DNA from: Deferribacterales bacterium
GTDB taxonomy: Bacteria > Chrysiogenota > Deferribacteres > Deferribacterales > Geovibrionaceae
DNA length: 64,000 nucleotides
NCBI GenBank assembly: GCA_050253075.1
Contig: JBFWJS010000006.1
Location: forward strand, 64,001-128,000
Reading direction: 5' to 3'
Positions 40,217 through 50,984 of the stretch are shown one piece after another. Position 1 is the stretch's first letter; the number at the start of each line of letters is the position of its first letter. Made by a program: the position numbers and the translations under genes. Under the pieces are notes generated by a model, which ran no database searches, had not been told where the DNA came from, and saw nothing but the letters and a program-made list of their open reading frames with translations.

Positions 40217-40944
40217 CAGACCATCCCGTTTAAAATTTCTTCTGCTTTTTGTAAATCTTCTTCCGTATCGACTGATACGGGCTTGTATTCTGTTTCGATA
40301 ACTTTGATCTTAACTCCGCTTTCGAGTGCTCTCAGCTGTTCGAGCTTTTCTATCTGCTCCAGAGCCGAAGGCTCCATCTCGGCAAATTTAAGAAGCCACT
40401 CTTTGCGGTAACCGTAAATACCTATATGCTTGAAGTACTCCACCCCTGCAGCATTGTCCCTGTTGAAAGGTATCGCCGCACGGGAAAAGTAAAGAGCATT
40501 CCCATCAGAATCCTTCACGACCTTAACACTGTTCGGGTCGTTAACGTCCTCATCCTTGCCGAACCTGCACGCAGCAGTGACCATCATGACAGACGGGTTC
40601 TTCTCAAGGTCTGCTATCAGCATATCTATAAGCTCAGGGTCGATGAAAGGCTCATCACCCTGCACATTTATGATTATATCATCCATAATAAATTTTGCCA
40701 CAACGGCCACTCTGTCAGTGCCGGACTGCAGCTCGGGCGAAGACATAGTGGACTCCAGCCCGTCTAAACCTTCGCAAACTTCTAATATTTCTTTGGAATC
40801 TGTAGCCACGATTACTCTGTCCGCCTTCGATCTCATACATCTTTCAGCCACACGGAGTATCATAGGAACATCTTTTATCTTTCTTATAGGCTTGCCCGGA
40901 AGCCTCGTTGATGCGTATCTCGCAGGAATAACAACTATACTCAT
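40216..40944 (-). CDS. kdsB: CMP-KDO synthetase
   Basis: [38 protein letters not shown]. Confidence 0.96.
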   Translation of the reverse strand: MSIVVIPARYASTRLPGKPIRKIKDVPMILRVAERCMRSKADRVIVATDSKEILEVCEGLDGLESTMSSPELQSGTDRVAVVAKFIMDDIIINVQGDEPFIDPELIDMLIADLEKNPSVMMVTAACRFGKDEDVNDPNSVKVVKDSDGNALYFSRAAIPFNRDNAAGVEYFKHIGIYGYRKEWLLKFAEMEPSALEQIEKLEQLRALESGVKIKVIETEYKPVSVDTEEDLQKAEEILNGMV

Positions 40945-40951
40945 TTTGACT

Positions 40952-41293
40952 CTACCTCAATATCATGCTGACAGCCATCGCACAGGTTTTACTATGTGAG
41001 ATGCTGAGCTCGATATCCTCTCTCAACTCACCGCACAAATATACAACAGGTGCGCCTGCATTGTCATTCAGTATCTCAATTTCAGTGAAAGAAACTTGCC
41101 CGATCCCCGTCTTAAGGGACTTGGAGATTGATTCCTTTGCGGCGAATCTCCCCGCAAGAAATGTGATGCTGCTGCCTCTCTTTTCGTAAATGGCAATCTC
41201 ATTATCAGAAAGTATACGGCGGATAAAATTCTCACCGTGTCTATCGACAGCGTCTTGTATTCGGTCTATCTCGATTATATCACACCCGAGCAT
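40952..41293 (-). CDS. acpS: Holo-ACP synthase
   Basis: [20 protein letters not shown]. Confidence 0.94.
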   Translation of the reverse strand: MLGCDIIEIDRIQDAVDRHGENFIRRILSDNEIAIYEKRGSSITFLAGRFAAKESISKSLKTGIGQVSFTEIEILNDNAGAPVVYLCGELREDIELSISHSKTCAMAVSMILR

Positions 41294-42014
41294 CCATCAA
41301 TGCCCTGTGTATTATCTCTTTCATCTCTCTGACAGCCTGTTCCAGCCCTACGAATATAGCTCTGGCTATGATGGAGTGCCCGATGTTTACCTCGTGCATC
41401 CCCGGTATGCAGACTATCTCTGCTACGTTCTGATAGTTCAAACCGTGGCCTGAATTAAGTATGAGCCCCCTCTCACGGCATCTTTCGCCCGCAACGACTA
41501 TACGTGAGAGTTCCTCACGCTGCACTGCGCCTTTGTTATCCGCATAGGAGCCTGTGTGTATCTCAACGGCGTCTGCGCCGCTTTTCGCTGAGGCATCTAT
41601 CTGTGCATTATCCGCATCCACGAAAAGGCTGACGAATATGCCTGCTCCCTTCATGATCTTAACGGATTCTGCTATCTTTTCAAAATTACCTGCTACGTCC
41701 AGACCGCCTTCGGTGGTCAGCTCCTGCCTCTTTTCAGGCACGAGTGTCACCATGTCGGGCTTACGCTCCAGAGCTATCTGCACCATCTCTTCGGTGCATG
41801 CCATCTCAAGGTTCAGCCTTGTTTTAACAGTCTCTCTCAGTATGCGCAGGTCTCTGTCGTTTATGTGTCTTCTGTCTTCTCTCAGGTGGATGGTTATCTG
41901 GTCTGCTCCACCCAGCTCTGCAAGAACCGCAGCATGCACAGGGTCCGGCTCTGCGGCCAGTCTAGCCTGTCTGACAGTTGCGACATGATCAATATTCACC
42001 CCTAACCTAACCAT
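41280..42014 (-). CDS. pdxJ: Pyridoxine 5'-phosphate synthase
   Basis: [34 protein letters not shown]. Confidence 0.97.
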   Translation of the reverse strand: MVRLGVNIDHVATVRQARLAAEPDPVHAAVLAELGGADQITIHLREDRRHINDRDLRILRETVKTRLNLEMACTEEMVQIALERKPDMVTLVPEKRQELTTEGGLDVAGNFEKIAESVKIMKGAGIFVSLFVDADNAQIDASAKSGADAVEIHTGSYADNKGAVQREELSRIVVAGERCRERGLILNSGHGLNYQNVAEIVCIPGMHEVNIGHSIIARAIFVGLEQAVREMKEIIHRALMDARV

Positions 42015-42017
42015 ATC

Positions 42018-43382
42018 TTACGAACGCTCCTTGATCTCTTTTACTGCCAGAGAGCCTATGTTTTCGGCATACTCTGTTATCTTTGCGAGGTCTTCACCCT
42101 CTAGCATGACACGCAGCTTGTTCTCTGTCCCTGAATAGCGCACAAGCACCCTGCCCGTACCCTTCAGCTCAGCATTTACAGCCTGTATCTCCTTAGATGT
42201 AGCATCAAGATAATCAAGAGGTATCTTGCTCTCCACCTGAAAGTTCTTAAGAACCTGCGGATACAGTGTAATGAATTTTTTAAGCTCACTCAGAGGCTTA
42301 CCCGAGCGCACGATCACTTTCAAAAGCTGCATCGCACTGACGAGTCCGTCCCCTGTTGTATTATGATCGCTGAAAATGATATGACCCGACTGTTCACCGC
42401 CGAGGTTATATCCTTTGTCCAGCATCTCAGCCATTACATATCTGTCGCCTACGTCTGTGCGTACAAGTTTTACCCCTTCACGCTCCATAGACTTTTCAAA
42501 TCCGTAGTTACTCATCACAGTGCACACCATTGTGCTGTCGTTGAGTATCTTCTGCTCGTTCATATACTTAGCACAGATACCCATGATAATGTCTCCGTCG
42601 ACCTCGTCGCCCTTTTCATCGCAAAAGATTACTCTGTCGCCGTCGCCGTCAAAGGATATGCCGATGTCGGCTCCCTTCTCTTTCACCTTTGCACACATAG
42701 CCTGCGGATAAACAGAACCGCAGTCAGCGTTGATGTTTATACCGTTGGGCTCATTACCCATCACGTGCAGCTTCGCACCCAGCTCTTCGAATGCCATAGG
42801 AGCGACCTTATAGTTCGCACCGTTGGAGCAGTCCACCACAAGGCGCATACCGCTGAGGTCTATATCTTTATCAAATGTACTTTTGGAAAATTCCACGTAT
42901 CTGCCGATGGCAGTTTCTATTCTGTATGCCTTACCGATGCGGTCGGTGGATATAGGTATCTCACCGTTCTGTATCATCTCGTCGGTTGTCTGCTCGATAG
43001 CTTTTTCGACATCGTCGGGCAGCTTGTATCCGTCACCGGAGAAGAATTTGATACCGTTGTCATAGTATGGATTGTGCGATGCTGATATCACTACCCCCGC
43101 CTCTGCACGCAGAGAACGTGTGATGAATGATATCGCAGGTGTAGGGAGAACCCCCACAAGCACGGCATCAAGCCCCATGGATGTTATCCCAGCCACAAGG
43201 GCGTTTTCAAACATATATCCGGAGATTCTGGTATCCTTGCCTATTACAATTTTATGTATCTTTTTATTGCTGTTGGAGAAATGCTTTGCAACCGCCTGAC
43301 CCAGACGAAGTGCAAAGGTCGCTGTCATAGGGAATTCATTGGCTTTGCCTCGGACTCCGTCAGTCCCGAAGTACTTCCTCAT
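42018..43382 (-). CDS. glmM: Phosphoglucosamine mutase
   Basis: FGTDGVRG, SASHNP, DGDGDR, GGEQSGH, RYSGTE. Confidence 0.97.
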   Translation of the reverse strand: MRKYFGTDGVRGKANEFPMTATFALRLGQAVAKHFSNSNKKIHKIVIGKDTRISGYMFENALVAGITSMGLDAVLVGVLPTPAISFITRSLRAEAGVVISASHNPYYDNGIKFFSGDGYKLPDDVEKAIEQTTDEMIQNGEIPISTDRIGKAYRIETAIGRYVEFSKSTFDKDIDLSGMRLVVDCSNGANYKVAPMAFEELGAKLHVMGNEPNGININADCGSVYPQAMCAKVKEKGADIGISFDGDGDRVIFCDEKGDEVDGDIIMGICAKYMNEQKILNDSTMVCTVMSNYGFEKSMEREGVKLVRTDVGDRYVMAEMLDKGYNLGGEQSGHIIFSDHNTTGDGLVSAMQLLKVIVRSGKPLSELKKFITLYPQVLKNFQVESKIPLDYLDATSKEIQAVNAELKGTGRVLVRYSGTENKLRVMLEGEDLAKITEYAENIGSLAVKEIKERS

Positions 43383-44277
43383 TTGTAACCTCTACTCTAA
43401 CCTTTTCAGGTTCCACACTTATTACTTTAAACATTTTAGAATCGTTTATATTCAATTTACGAAGGTATTTACCTTTCGACTTGATATTGCCGAGGTCTAC
43501 CGTCGGATAAATTTCACTTTTGATCACATCATTCTCGAGCAGGTCGACACGACCAGAGACCTTTATGGTCAGCGTATCCTGAACTTTAGCCTTGAGCCCC
43601 TCTTTCAGCAGTACGGGGCGCACGGGGATGTCCTTGAACTCTTTCTCCTGAATGTCTTCTTTAAAGACAACGAAGACCTCAACCTGCTGAGGGATGTATT
43701 CCTGTATCCCTTCATAGGATTTCAGCCCGATGCTGTATGTGATAGGGTCACGCCTGTCTGAAAGGTTAACAGGCAGTGTCTCTACGGTGCTCTGCCCCTC
43801 CAGCTTGGACTTTGCCGCCTTTACCTGTACATTTTCAGGGAATACGCTCACGCTGCCGACCTTATAGCCGATGGCGGGCTCTCCGATGAATGTAGGGGCG
43901 ACCTTCATCTCTCTCATGATGAGTGAGTCCACGATGATCTCAATAGACCCCGGAAGGATATCCGTAACCTGAAGCCCTGGGGGCATCTTGATATCTTTCA
44001 CGTCTATGATGGTGTTTGTGTACCCAGGCTTCATGCCTGATACATCGATATCTATGCTTACATCGCCGAATTTCTCTTCGTTAACGAGAGCCTTCGGCCC
44101 TTTTGCATGTACGTTTATAAGGTGCTCATCCGTAACGGCAACATATCCATCAGGGATGTTTGTCAGCTTAACGGGGACATACATGGAGATGTCCTGTATC
44201 TCGCCTGTCACAAGCCCCAGCCAAAGCATAAGAGCGAGGAACGCACTGAATATTTTAAGAGGAAGATTATTCAGCAT
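43360..44277 (-). CDS. cdaR: CdaR/YbbR-domain regulator of diadenylate cyclase
   Basis: N-terminal K..S..LA..LW anchor and YbbR-like beta repeats; lies between cdaA and glmM. Confidence 0.85.
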   Translation of the reverse strand: MLNNLPLKIFSAFLALMLWLGLVTGEIQDISMYVPVKLTNIPDGYVAVTDEHLINVHAKGPKALVNEEKFGDVSIDIDVSGMKPGYTNTIIDVKDIKMPPGLQVTDILPGSIEIIVDSLIMREMKVAPTFIGEPAIGYKVGSVSVFPENVQVKAAKSKLEGQSTVETLPVNLSDRRDPITYSIGLKSYEGIQEYIPQQVEVFVVFKEDIQEKEFKDIPVRPVLLKEGLKAKVQDTLTIKVSGRVDLLENDVIKSEIYPTVDLGNIKSKGKYLRKLNINDSKMFKVISVEPEKVRVEVTNEEVLRD

Positions 44278-45064
44278 CCGCTTCCTCCTTTTTTGCCTTT
44301 ACCACAGGCTTCTTCTTACCGAAGACATGCTCGAGAGCATTACGCAGCTGATCGGCATCCAGCTCGTCTGAGAGCACGCCGTTCTGCGCCACTGTGATAG
44401 TACCCTTCTCCTCACTCACTGTCACGGCGAGGGCATCTGTCTCCTCTGTAACGCCGACGGCAGCTCTGTGCCTTGTACCATAGTTTTTACCCAGGTCTGT
44501 CTGACGTGTAAGGGGAAGGATGCTTCCCGCTGTGGATATGCGCCCGTTTGATATGATAACGGCGCCGTCGTGCAGCGGAGAATAAGGGATGAATATACTG
44601 ATAAGTACCTCTCTGGATATCTCGCAATCCAGCTTTGTACCTGTGTCGTCAAGGAAGTTTATAAGGTCTGTATCACGCTGTAATACTATCAGCGCACCAA
44701 TCTGTCTGTTTGCAAGGATTGTCGCCGCCTTCACTATCTCGTCAAGGATGACGCTCTTCGCCTTTGCACTGCTGCCGAAAACTCTGGTCTCTCCGAGGAA
44801 AGCGAGCGCACGGCGTATCTCATGCTGAAAGAGGACTACGATGATGATGAAGAGATAACCTGTGAAGTTGTTTAAAACCCAGCTGGTGGTCTTAAGCCCG
44901 AGAAATTTAGCCGCAAATGATACCAGCACAAGGAGCATGATGCCCATAAGCATAGGCAGAGCCCTAGTGCCCTTAATCAGGAGAAGGATATAGTATATAA
45001 CTATGGCGATGATAGCTATGTCTATAATATCAAAAACACCGACCGACTTGATCAGTTCAAGCAT
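44267..45064 (-). CDS. cdaA: Diadenylate cyclase CdaA/DacA
   Basis: Three N-terminal TMs, PLHDGA and GTRHRAA catalytic motifs, VSEE. Confidence 0.96.
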   Translation of the reverse strand: MLELIKSVGVFDIIDIAIIAIVIYYILLLIKGTRALPMLMGIMLLVLVSFAAKFLGLKTTSWVLNNFTGYLFIIIVVLFQHEIRRALAFLGETRVFGSSAKAKSVILDEIVKAATILANRQIGALIVLQRDTDLINFLDDTGTKLDCEISREVLISIFIPYSPLHDGAVIISNGRISTAGSILPLTRQTDLGKNYGTRHRAAVGVTEETDALAVTVSEEKGTITVAQNGVLSDELDADQLRNALEHVFGKKKPVVKAKKEEADAE

Positions 45065-45876
45065 CCTTCACCCGCCTCTTTTGATTTAATAAACACATTT
45101 ATCATATCGGCAGTTTCGCTGATATCATGTGCTCTTATTATGTCTGCCCCGTTCATAAGGGCTATCGTTTCGGCTGCCAGTGTCCCTGCGAGCCTCTCCA
45201 CAGGGGGCTTCCCGGTCACTGCGCCTATCATACTTTTTCTCGAAATACCTGCCAAGACAGGCATGCCCGATTCCTTGAACTCGTTCAGCCTGCTGAGCAT
45301 TTTAAAATTATCCTCGAGGCTCTTGCCAAAGCCGAACCCCGGGTCGAGGCATATGGAGCTTTCCTTTATGCCGTCTCTTATACACTGCTCTGCCGCTTCG
45401 AAGAGGTATCTTTTAACCTCTTCCACCACATCGAGATACACAGGGTTCTCCTGCATGCTCTTAGGCTCGCCCAGCATATGCATTATACACACAGAGCACT
45501 CGTGCTCGGCACATACCCTGCGCATGGCATCACTGCGGAGCCCCGTGATGTCGTTTATCATCCCAGCGCCGTGTATCAGAGATTCCTCTGCGACCTTCGG
45601 CTTATTGGTATCCACAGACACATATAAACCGCTGTCCACAGCGAGCTTCACAGCGGGGATGACCCTGTTCAGCTCCTCCAGCTCGTCGATATATTCGGAG
45701 CCGGGTCTTGTGGATTCACCGCCTATGTCTGCCATGTCGACACCGTTTGCGATGAACTCCTCAATGCGGCTGATCATTCCGTCTATCCTATTATACACGC
45801 CTCCGTCACTAAAGGAATCAGGAGTAATGTTCAAAATACCCATCAACAAAGGTTTTTTAAGTGAAAATGTCTTCAC
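45052..45876 (-). CDS. folP: Dihydropteroate synthase
   Basis: GILNITPDSFSDGG, GGESTRPG, DPGFGFGK, SRKS, RAHD. Confidence 0.96.
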   Translation of the reverse strand: MKTFSLKKPLLMGILNITPDSFSDGGVYNRIDGMISRIEEFIANGVDMADIGGESTRPGSEYIDELEELNRVIPAVKLAVDSGLYVSVDTNKPKVAEESLIHGAGMINDITGLRSDAMRRVCAEHECSVCIMHMLGEPKSMQENPVYLDVVEEVKRYLFEAAEQCIRDGIKESSICLDPGFGFGKSLEDNFKMLSRLNEFKESGMPVLAGISRKSMIGAVTGKPPVERLAGTLAAETIALMNGADIIRAHDISETADMINVFIKSKEAGEGCLN

Positions 45877-45913
45877 TTTGGATGTTAAGATATCAGCCTC
45901 GCTTATATACAGT

Positions 45914-45941
45914 TAAAGGCGTACATATTTGTACGCCTTTA
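45914..45941 (-). terminator. Hairpin or weak terminator after ftsH
   Basis: TAAAGGCGTACA-TATT-TGTACGCCTTTA perfect 12-bp stem; short U-tract on the minus strand. Confidence 0.65.
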
Positions 45942-45981
45942 TTTATCAATTCAAACTGTCTGATCAGATAAAAACGTCTTA

Positions 45982-47841
45982 TTAAACTGTAGCTTCCTCG
46001 TCCGTTATGACGTTTACTTTTGTATCAGACTCAGGAGCCGGTTCAGGCTCGTTACCCATGAGAAGATCGATCTCTTTCCCCTCGATGGTCTCTTTCTCCA
46101 GAAGGAGTTTGGCCACGCCGTGGAGGAGGTCTACATTGTCCTCGAGTATCTGGCGGGCTTTGTTGTATCCGCTCATTACAAAGCTCTTAACTTCGTCGTC
46201 GATGGACACGGCTGTTGTCTCGCTGTAGTTGGATGAGTGCCCTATCTCTTTACCGAGAAAGACATTGTCGTCTTTCTTTCCGTATGCGAGAGGTCCCATC
46301 CTCTTACTCATACCCCAGCTGCACACCATCTTTCTGGCGAGGTCAGAAGCTCTTTCGATGTCGTTTCCTGCGCCTGTTGTGAGACGGTCGAAGATTATCT
46401 CCTCAGCCACACGTCCGCCCATAAGAACTGCCAGCATACTGTCCATGTACTCTTTGGTATACATGTGCCTGTCGTCCTGAGGGAGCTGCATTGTGATACC
46501 GAGCGCCATACCTCTAGGGATGATGCTTACCTTATGCACAGGGTCAGCCTCAGGGATGAACTTCGCCACGATAGCGTGTCCGGCCTCGTGATAAGCTGTG
46601 TTTTCTTTCTCTTTATCGTTGATAGCCATGCTGCGTCTTTCCTTACCCATCATGACCTTATCTTTTGCTTCTTCGAAGTCTGCCATGTCGACAGCATCTT
46701 TATTCTTTCTCGCCGCGATGAGAGCCGCCTCGTTCACGAGGTTTGCGAGCTCCGCACCTGCATATCCCGGTGTACCCTTAGCGATGATCTCAAGGTTGAT
46801 GTCGTCAGACTTTTTAACATTAGCTGCGTGCACCTGAAGTATCATAAGACGTCCGTTCATGTCAGGAGCAGGTACAACGACCTGTCTGTCGAAACGTCCC
46901 GGTCTGAGGAGCGCAGGGTCGAGCACGTCGGGGCGGTTTGTAGCCGCTATGAGGATAACGCCTTCATTAGACTCGAATCCGTCCATCTCCACAAGAAGCT
47001 GGTTAAGTGTCTGCTCACGCTCGTCGTGTCCGCCGCCGAGACCTGCGCCTCTGTGACGTCCTACTGCGTCGATCTCATCCACAAAGATGATACACGGAGC
47101 ATTCTTCTTACCCTGTTCGAAAAGGTCACGGACACGGGAAGCACCCACACCCACGAACATCTCTACGAAGTCGGAACCTGATATAGAAAAGAAAGGAACG
47201 CCGGCCTCGCCCGCAACAGCTTTTGCGAGGAGTGTCTTACCTGTTCCCGGAGGGCCCACGAGGAGCACGCCTTTAGGTATCTTACCGCCGAGCCTCTGAA
47301 ATTTCTGAGGATCTTTGAGGAATTCGATGATCTCCTCAAGCTCTTCTTTAGCCTCTTCAACACCTGCCACATCTTTAAATGTGACCTTGTGCTGATCCTG
47401 TGTGAGGAGCTTCGCCTTAGATTTGCCGAAGCTGAAGGCCTTGCCCCCTGCTCCGCCCTGCATCTGGCGCATGAAGAATATCCATACCCCGATGAGAAGC
47501 AGCATAGGAAGCCATGATATAAGCACCTGCATATACCACGGGTTTCTGTCAGGCGGAAGTGCTGTGATCTGAACCTTGTTCTCTCTCAGTGTTTTAACAA
47601 GCTCTGCATCATCAGGTGTGTATGTCTCGAACTGTCCGCCCTCGTTGAACATACCGCTGACCTTATTCTGCTTTATAGTGACTGACTGCACGTTGCTTGT
47701 TGCTACCTGATCAAGGAATTCAGAATAGCTGATATTTTTTCTGGCTGCCTGTGTGCCGCTGATCACATTGAACAGGAACACCATAATAAAGGCTATGATG
47801 AGCCACAGAGCCAGGTTTTTGTAAAAACTATTGTTCATCAA
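45982..47841 (-). CDS. ftsH: ATP-dependent zinc metalloprotease FtsH
   Basis: Two TMs, [34 protein letters not shown]. Confidence 0.98.
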   Translation of the reverse strand: MMNNSFYKNLALWLIIAFIMVFLFNVISGTQAARKNISYSEFLDQVATSNVQSVTIKQNKVSGMFNEGGQFETYTPDDAELVKTLRENKVQITALPPDRNPWYMQVLISWLPMLLLIGVWIFFMRQMQGGAGGKAFSFGKSKAKLLTQDQHKVTFKDVAGVEEAKEELEEIIEFLKDPQKFQRLGGKIPKGVLLVGPPGTGKTLLAKAVAGEAGVPFFSISGSDFVEMFVGVGASRVRDLFEQGKKNAPCIIFVDEIDAVGRHRGAGLGGGHDEREQTLNQLLVEMDGFESNEGVILIAATNRPDVLDPALLRPGRFDRQVVVPAPDMNGRLMILQVHAANVKKSDDINLEIIAKGTPGYAGAELANLVNEAALIAARKNKDAVDMADFEEAKDKVMMGKERRSMAINDKEKENTAYHEAGHAIVAKFIPEADPVHKVSIIPRGMALGITMQLPQDDRHMYTKEYMDSMLAVLMGGRVAEEIIFDRLTTGAGNDIERASDLARKMVCSWGMSKRMGPLAYGKKDDNVFLGKEIGHSSNYSETTAVSIDDEVKSFVMSGYNKARQILEDNVDLLHGVAKLLLEKETIEGKEIDLLMGNEPEPAPESDTKVNVITDEEATV

Positions 47842-47854
47842 TAACTCCGAATAA

Positions 47855-48385
47855 TTAGTCTGTGAATTCCACAGTGCATATATTTTTTAAGTTTCTGTAA
47901 TATCCGTCGTAATCCAGTCCATACCCTACGACAAATTCATCAGGAATCTCGAAACCTTCGTAATCGAGTCTGATGTCTGCCACCCTTCTCTCAGGCTTGT
48001 TCAGAAGGGAGACTATCTTAATTGAGGCAGGCTTACGCACTCTTAACATCTTCTTAAGATATGACAGGGTGTTGCCTGTATCAAGTATATCTTCAACAAT
48101 GAGCACATGAACATCGTCCAGCGGTCTGTCGAGGTCGCATAAAACCCTGACCTCTCCCGTGGACTTTGTGCCCTGATAGCTGGAAACAGCGAGAAAGCCT
48201 ATTTCAACATGCACGCCTTCCATTTCTCTTACGAGGTCTGCCATGAAAATAACAGAGCCTTTCAAAACGCCTACTGCAAGCACATTCTCGCCTTCATAGT
48301 CGGCTGAAATCTGCTTACCGAGTTCGACGACCCTGTTTTTGATCGTCTGTTCACTGATCATCTCTTTAAGCTTATGTGGCTTCAA
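47855..48385 (-). CDS. hpt: Hypoxanthine phosphoribosyltransferase
   Basis: [26 protein letters not shown]. Confidence 0.96.
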   Translation of the reverse strand: MKPHKLKEMISEQTIKNRVVELGKQISADYEGENVLAVGVLKGSVIFMADLVREMEGVHVEIGFLAVSSYQGTKSTGEVRVLCDLDRPLDDVHVLIVEDILDTGNTLSYLKKMLRVRKPASIKIVSLLNKPERRVADIRLDYEGFEIPDEFVVGYGLDYDGYYRNLKNICTVEFTD

Positions 48386-48388
48386 AAT

Positions 48389-49642
48389 TCATAACTCCAG
48401 ATTTTTCCTGTCGAGAGACAAACTTATACTATCATCACTGGAAATATTTTCAACCCATACAATGCAATTATCAGAAAGAATTATCACTGATGTATCACGG
48501 ATGAAAAGATCCAGCTTTTTATCTATAAAAATGTCTTTTAACTTCTTGCTTCCGATCCTGTCGCCCACGGCTCTGTTCCGCACCGTAAGCTCCTTATCTA
48601 TCCACTCTCCGCCGAAGGTCAGCTTTTTACCTAAATGCTTGATAAAGATTGTCTTCTGTCCCTTCTGCTTTATCATATCAAACTTTTCGACCAAACGCTT
48701 ATGGAAAAGTCTGAGCAGTTTGTCGCTCTTTTCAAATTTATATCCGTCAGGCATATCTATCCGAACGGAATAATCACTGTAGACCAGATCCTTCATTTCA
48801 TCGATGTGTCTGCGCTCAACACGAAAGACCTTCGAAGCCATATGATGCAGCAGATACTCCTGCTCCACCTCGTGCATAGCGTCGAAGATCGAACGCTTAA
48901 CAGACATCACAGACGGGTCTGAAACATCTATAAAAGGAATAAGTTTTTCCTGTAAATAACTGTCAAATCTAATAGCATCATGCATAATACCGATGATATT
49001 ATTTTCGAATCCGGGTCTATACTGAGACAGCTCAGCGGTGATATGGTTCCGAACAAAATTACGCAGATAACTGTCGTCTGAGTTTGTCTCGTCAACCGCA
49101 TGTTTCATCTTCAGCTTTTCTATATATTCCAGTATCTCTTCCGTCGTGATATCCAGCATGGGGCGGAAAAGATCGCCCTCCCGTTCTGTTATCCCCTTCA
49201 GCGAAAATACAGAAGCACCCTGCACCGCATGGGTGAAGAATGTCTCCACTACGTCGTTCTTTGTATGTGCCGTGAGGAGCAGGTCACACCCGAGCTCCTT
49301 CATGGCGTTCCGCAGTGCACGGTAACGCACTATCCTAGCGCCGTGTTCAAAGCTGAGCTTCTTTACCTCGCAGTATCTGGGCACATCCACACGGTAAGAC
49401 ACAAACGGAATGTCCATATCCTCGCAAAAATCTGCGCAGAATTTCTCATCCCACCCGGAAGTCTTTCTTGATAAGTGATTTATATGACATGCAGCTACAC
49501 TGTAGCCCTGAATTCCTTCATTCTTCTTCAAAAAATGGAGAAGAGATATCGAATCCTTTCCGCCTGAGAAAGCGACGAGTAAACGTCTGCCGACAAAATC
49601 ACTGAGCTTTGCGTAGAGCTTTTTCTCAAACGATAAAGTCAT
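48389..49642 (-). CDS. tilS: tRNA(Ile)-lysidine synthetase
   Basis: AFSGGKDS PP-loop, AR..RY, TAH..D..ET, RPML, DETN..RN; tilS-hpt-ftsH synteny. Confidence 0.93.
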   Translation of the reverse strand: MTLSFEKKLYAKLSDFVGRRLLVAFSGGKDSISLLHFLKKNEGIQGYSVAACHINHLSRKTSGWDEKFCADFCEDMDIPFVSYRVDVPRYCEVKKLSFEHGARIVRYRALRNAMKELGCDLLLTAHTKNDVVETFFTHAVQGASVFSLKGITEREGDLFRPMLDITTEEILEYIEKLKMKHAVDETNSDDSYLRNFVRNHITAELSQYRPGFENNIIGIMHDAIRFDSYLQEKLIPFIDVSDPSVMSVKRSIFDAMHEVEQEYLLHHMASKVFRVERRHIDEMKDLVYSDYSVRIDMPDGYKFEKSDKLLRLFHKRLVEKFDMIKQKGQKTIFIKHLGKKLTFGGEWIDKELTVRNRAVGDRIGSKKLKDIFIDKKLDLFIRDTSVIILSDNCIVWVENISSDDSISLSLDRKNLEL

Positions 49643-50984
49643 CCCTTTTTACGTATATCTCCTCAAATTTGGTCTTCATATTGTCATAGCTGGATCTGCC
49701 GAGCAGTCCGTATGAATAGTTCTTACCCTCTTCCACACCAGGTTGGTCGAATGGATCGATATCGTTCGCCAGACCGACAACAGGCACTATGTACTGCCAC
49801 ATCATGAAGAGTGCGCCGAGGGTATATTCGTCGATAGAGTCTATGGAAACCTTAACCGAAGGCTTGCCTGTGTTTTTAAGTGCCGCTTCCGTAGCCAGAA
49901 GCTCGATATTGCATAATTCACCGAGGCTGTGCCCCTCGAGGTAGCCGTAGTCGTCGAACTCCGCCATTATCTTTTTGTCCTTCTCATGCTTTTCCACTTC
50001 GATGAATGTCACGATCTTATCGTTTGGTCCCTCTTTGAAAAGCTGAACCTGAGAATGCTGATCTATAACACCCACTGCTTTTACAGGTGTGGAGCCGAAG
50101 AGTACTTCGTTTCCGTCTGTGTCTTTACTCTTTCCGAGGGATTCGCCCCACAGCTGGCAGAACCAGTCTGCAAAGGATGAAAGCCTTGAAGAGTAAGGCA
50201 TAAGGACATTTATATTACGCCCGTTCTCCATAAAATACATATATATGGAGGAGAGAGTTACAATCTTTTCATACTTGTCTTTTGTGACAGAAGCCGCACC
50301 TTCGAGCAGTTTGTCTATATCCATGCCGAGCATAGCGGCAGGGAGCAGACCGACAGATGAAAGCACGCTGAACCTTCCGCCCACGTTCTGAGGCACAGGG
50401 AAAGTTACAAAACCTTCCGCCGAGCTGATCTTTCTGAGTGTACCGCCTTCAGGGTCTGTGATGGCGCAGAAGTGCTTCTTAACGTCTTTAACGCCTTCGT
50501 CGAGCCATTCGTAGATGATATTAAAATTAGCGGCTGTTTCCACAGTACTGCCTGATTTTGTGATGACACAGACAAATGTGTCCTCAGGGTGACACTCGCT
50601 GAGTATCGCAGAGAGCTTCGAAGGATCTACGTTATCCGCAACCCAAACTCTCGGAAATCCGCCTCTGGTGGAGAAAGAGCGCGCATTATGCCCGTAAGGC
50701 AGGAGAGCGTTGCAAAGTGTCTCCATACCGAGGGAGCTTCCGCCTATCCCTACGAGGATAAGGTCGTTGAACTTACCGCCCATCTCTTTTGCATATTTCT
50801 TCATCTCGGATGTATCCTGAGACGGAAGATTGACAAAGCCTGCTTTTCCGTCGTCGACAAGTCTCAACAGACGTGAGAGTCCCGTCATCGCTTTTTCTCT
50901 GTATTTAGCAAGCGCCGTATCGTCCAGACCGCCTTCTATAAAGGCGCTCATGGCGTAGTTGAAATCAACTTTCATTCTCTGCAT
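49626..50984 (-). CDS. pgi: Glucose-6-phosphate isomerase
   Basis: GIGGSSLG, KSGST.ET, VGGRFSV, QLWGESLGK, DQHS, FDQPGVEEGK. Confidence 0.95.
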   Translation of the reverse strand: MQRMKVDFNYAMSAFIEGGLDDTALAKYREKAMTGLSRLLRLVDDGKAGFVNLPSQDTSEMKKYAKEMGGKFNDLILVGIGGSSLGMETLCNALLPYGHNARSFSTRGGFPRVWVADNVDPSKLSAILSECHPEDTFVCVITKSGSTVETAANFNIIYEWLDEGVKDVKKHFCAITDPEGGTLRKISSAEGFVTFPVPQNVGGRFSVLSSVGLLPAAMLGMDIDKLLEGAASVTKDKYEKIVTLSSIYMYFMENGRNINVLMPYSSRLSSFADWFCQLWGESLGKSKDTDGNEVLFGSTPVKAVGVIDQHSQVQLFKEGPNDKIVTFIEVEKHEKDKKIMAEFDDYGYLEGHSLGELCNIELLATEAALKNTGKPSVKVSIDSIDEYTLGALFMMWQYIVPVVGLANDIDPFDQPGVEEGKNYSYGLLGRSSYDNMKTKFEEIYVKRDDFIV

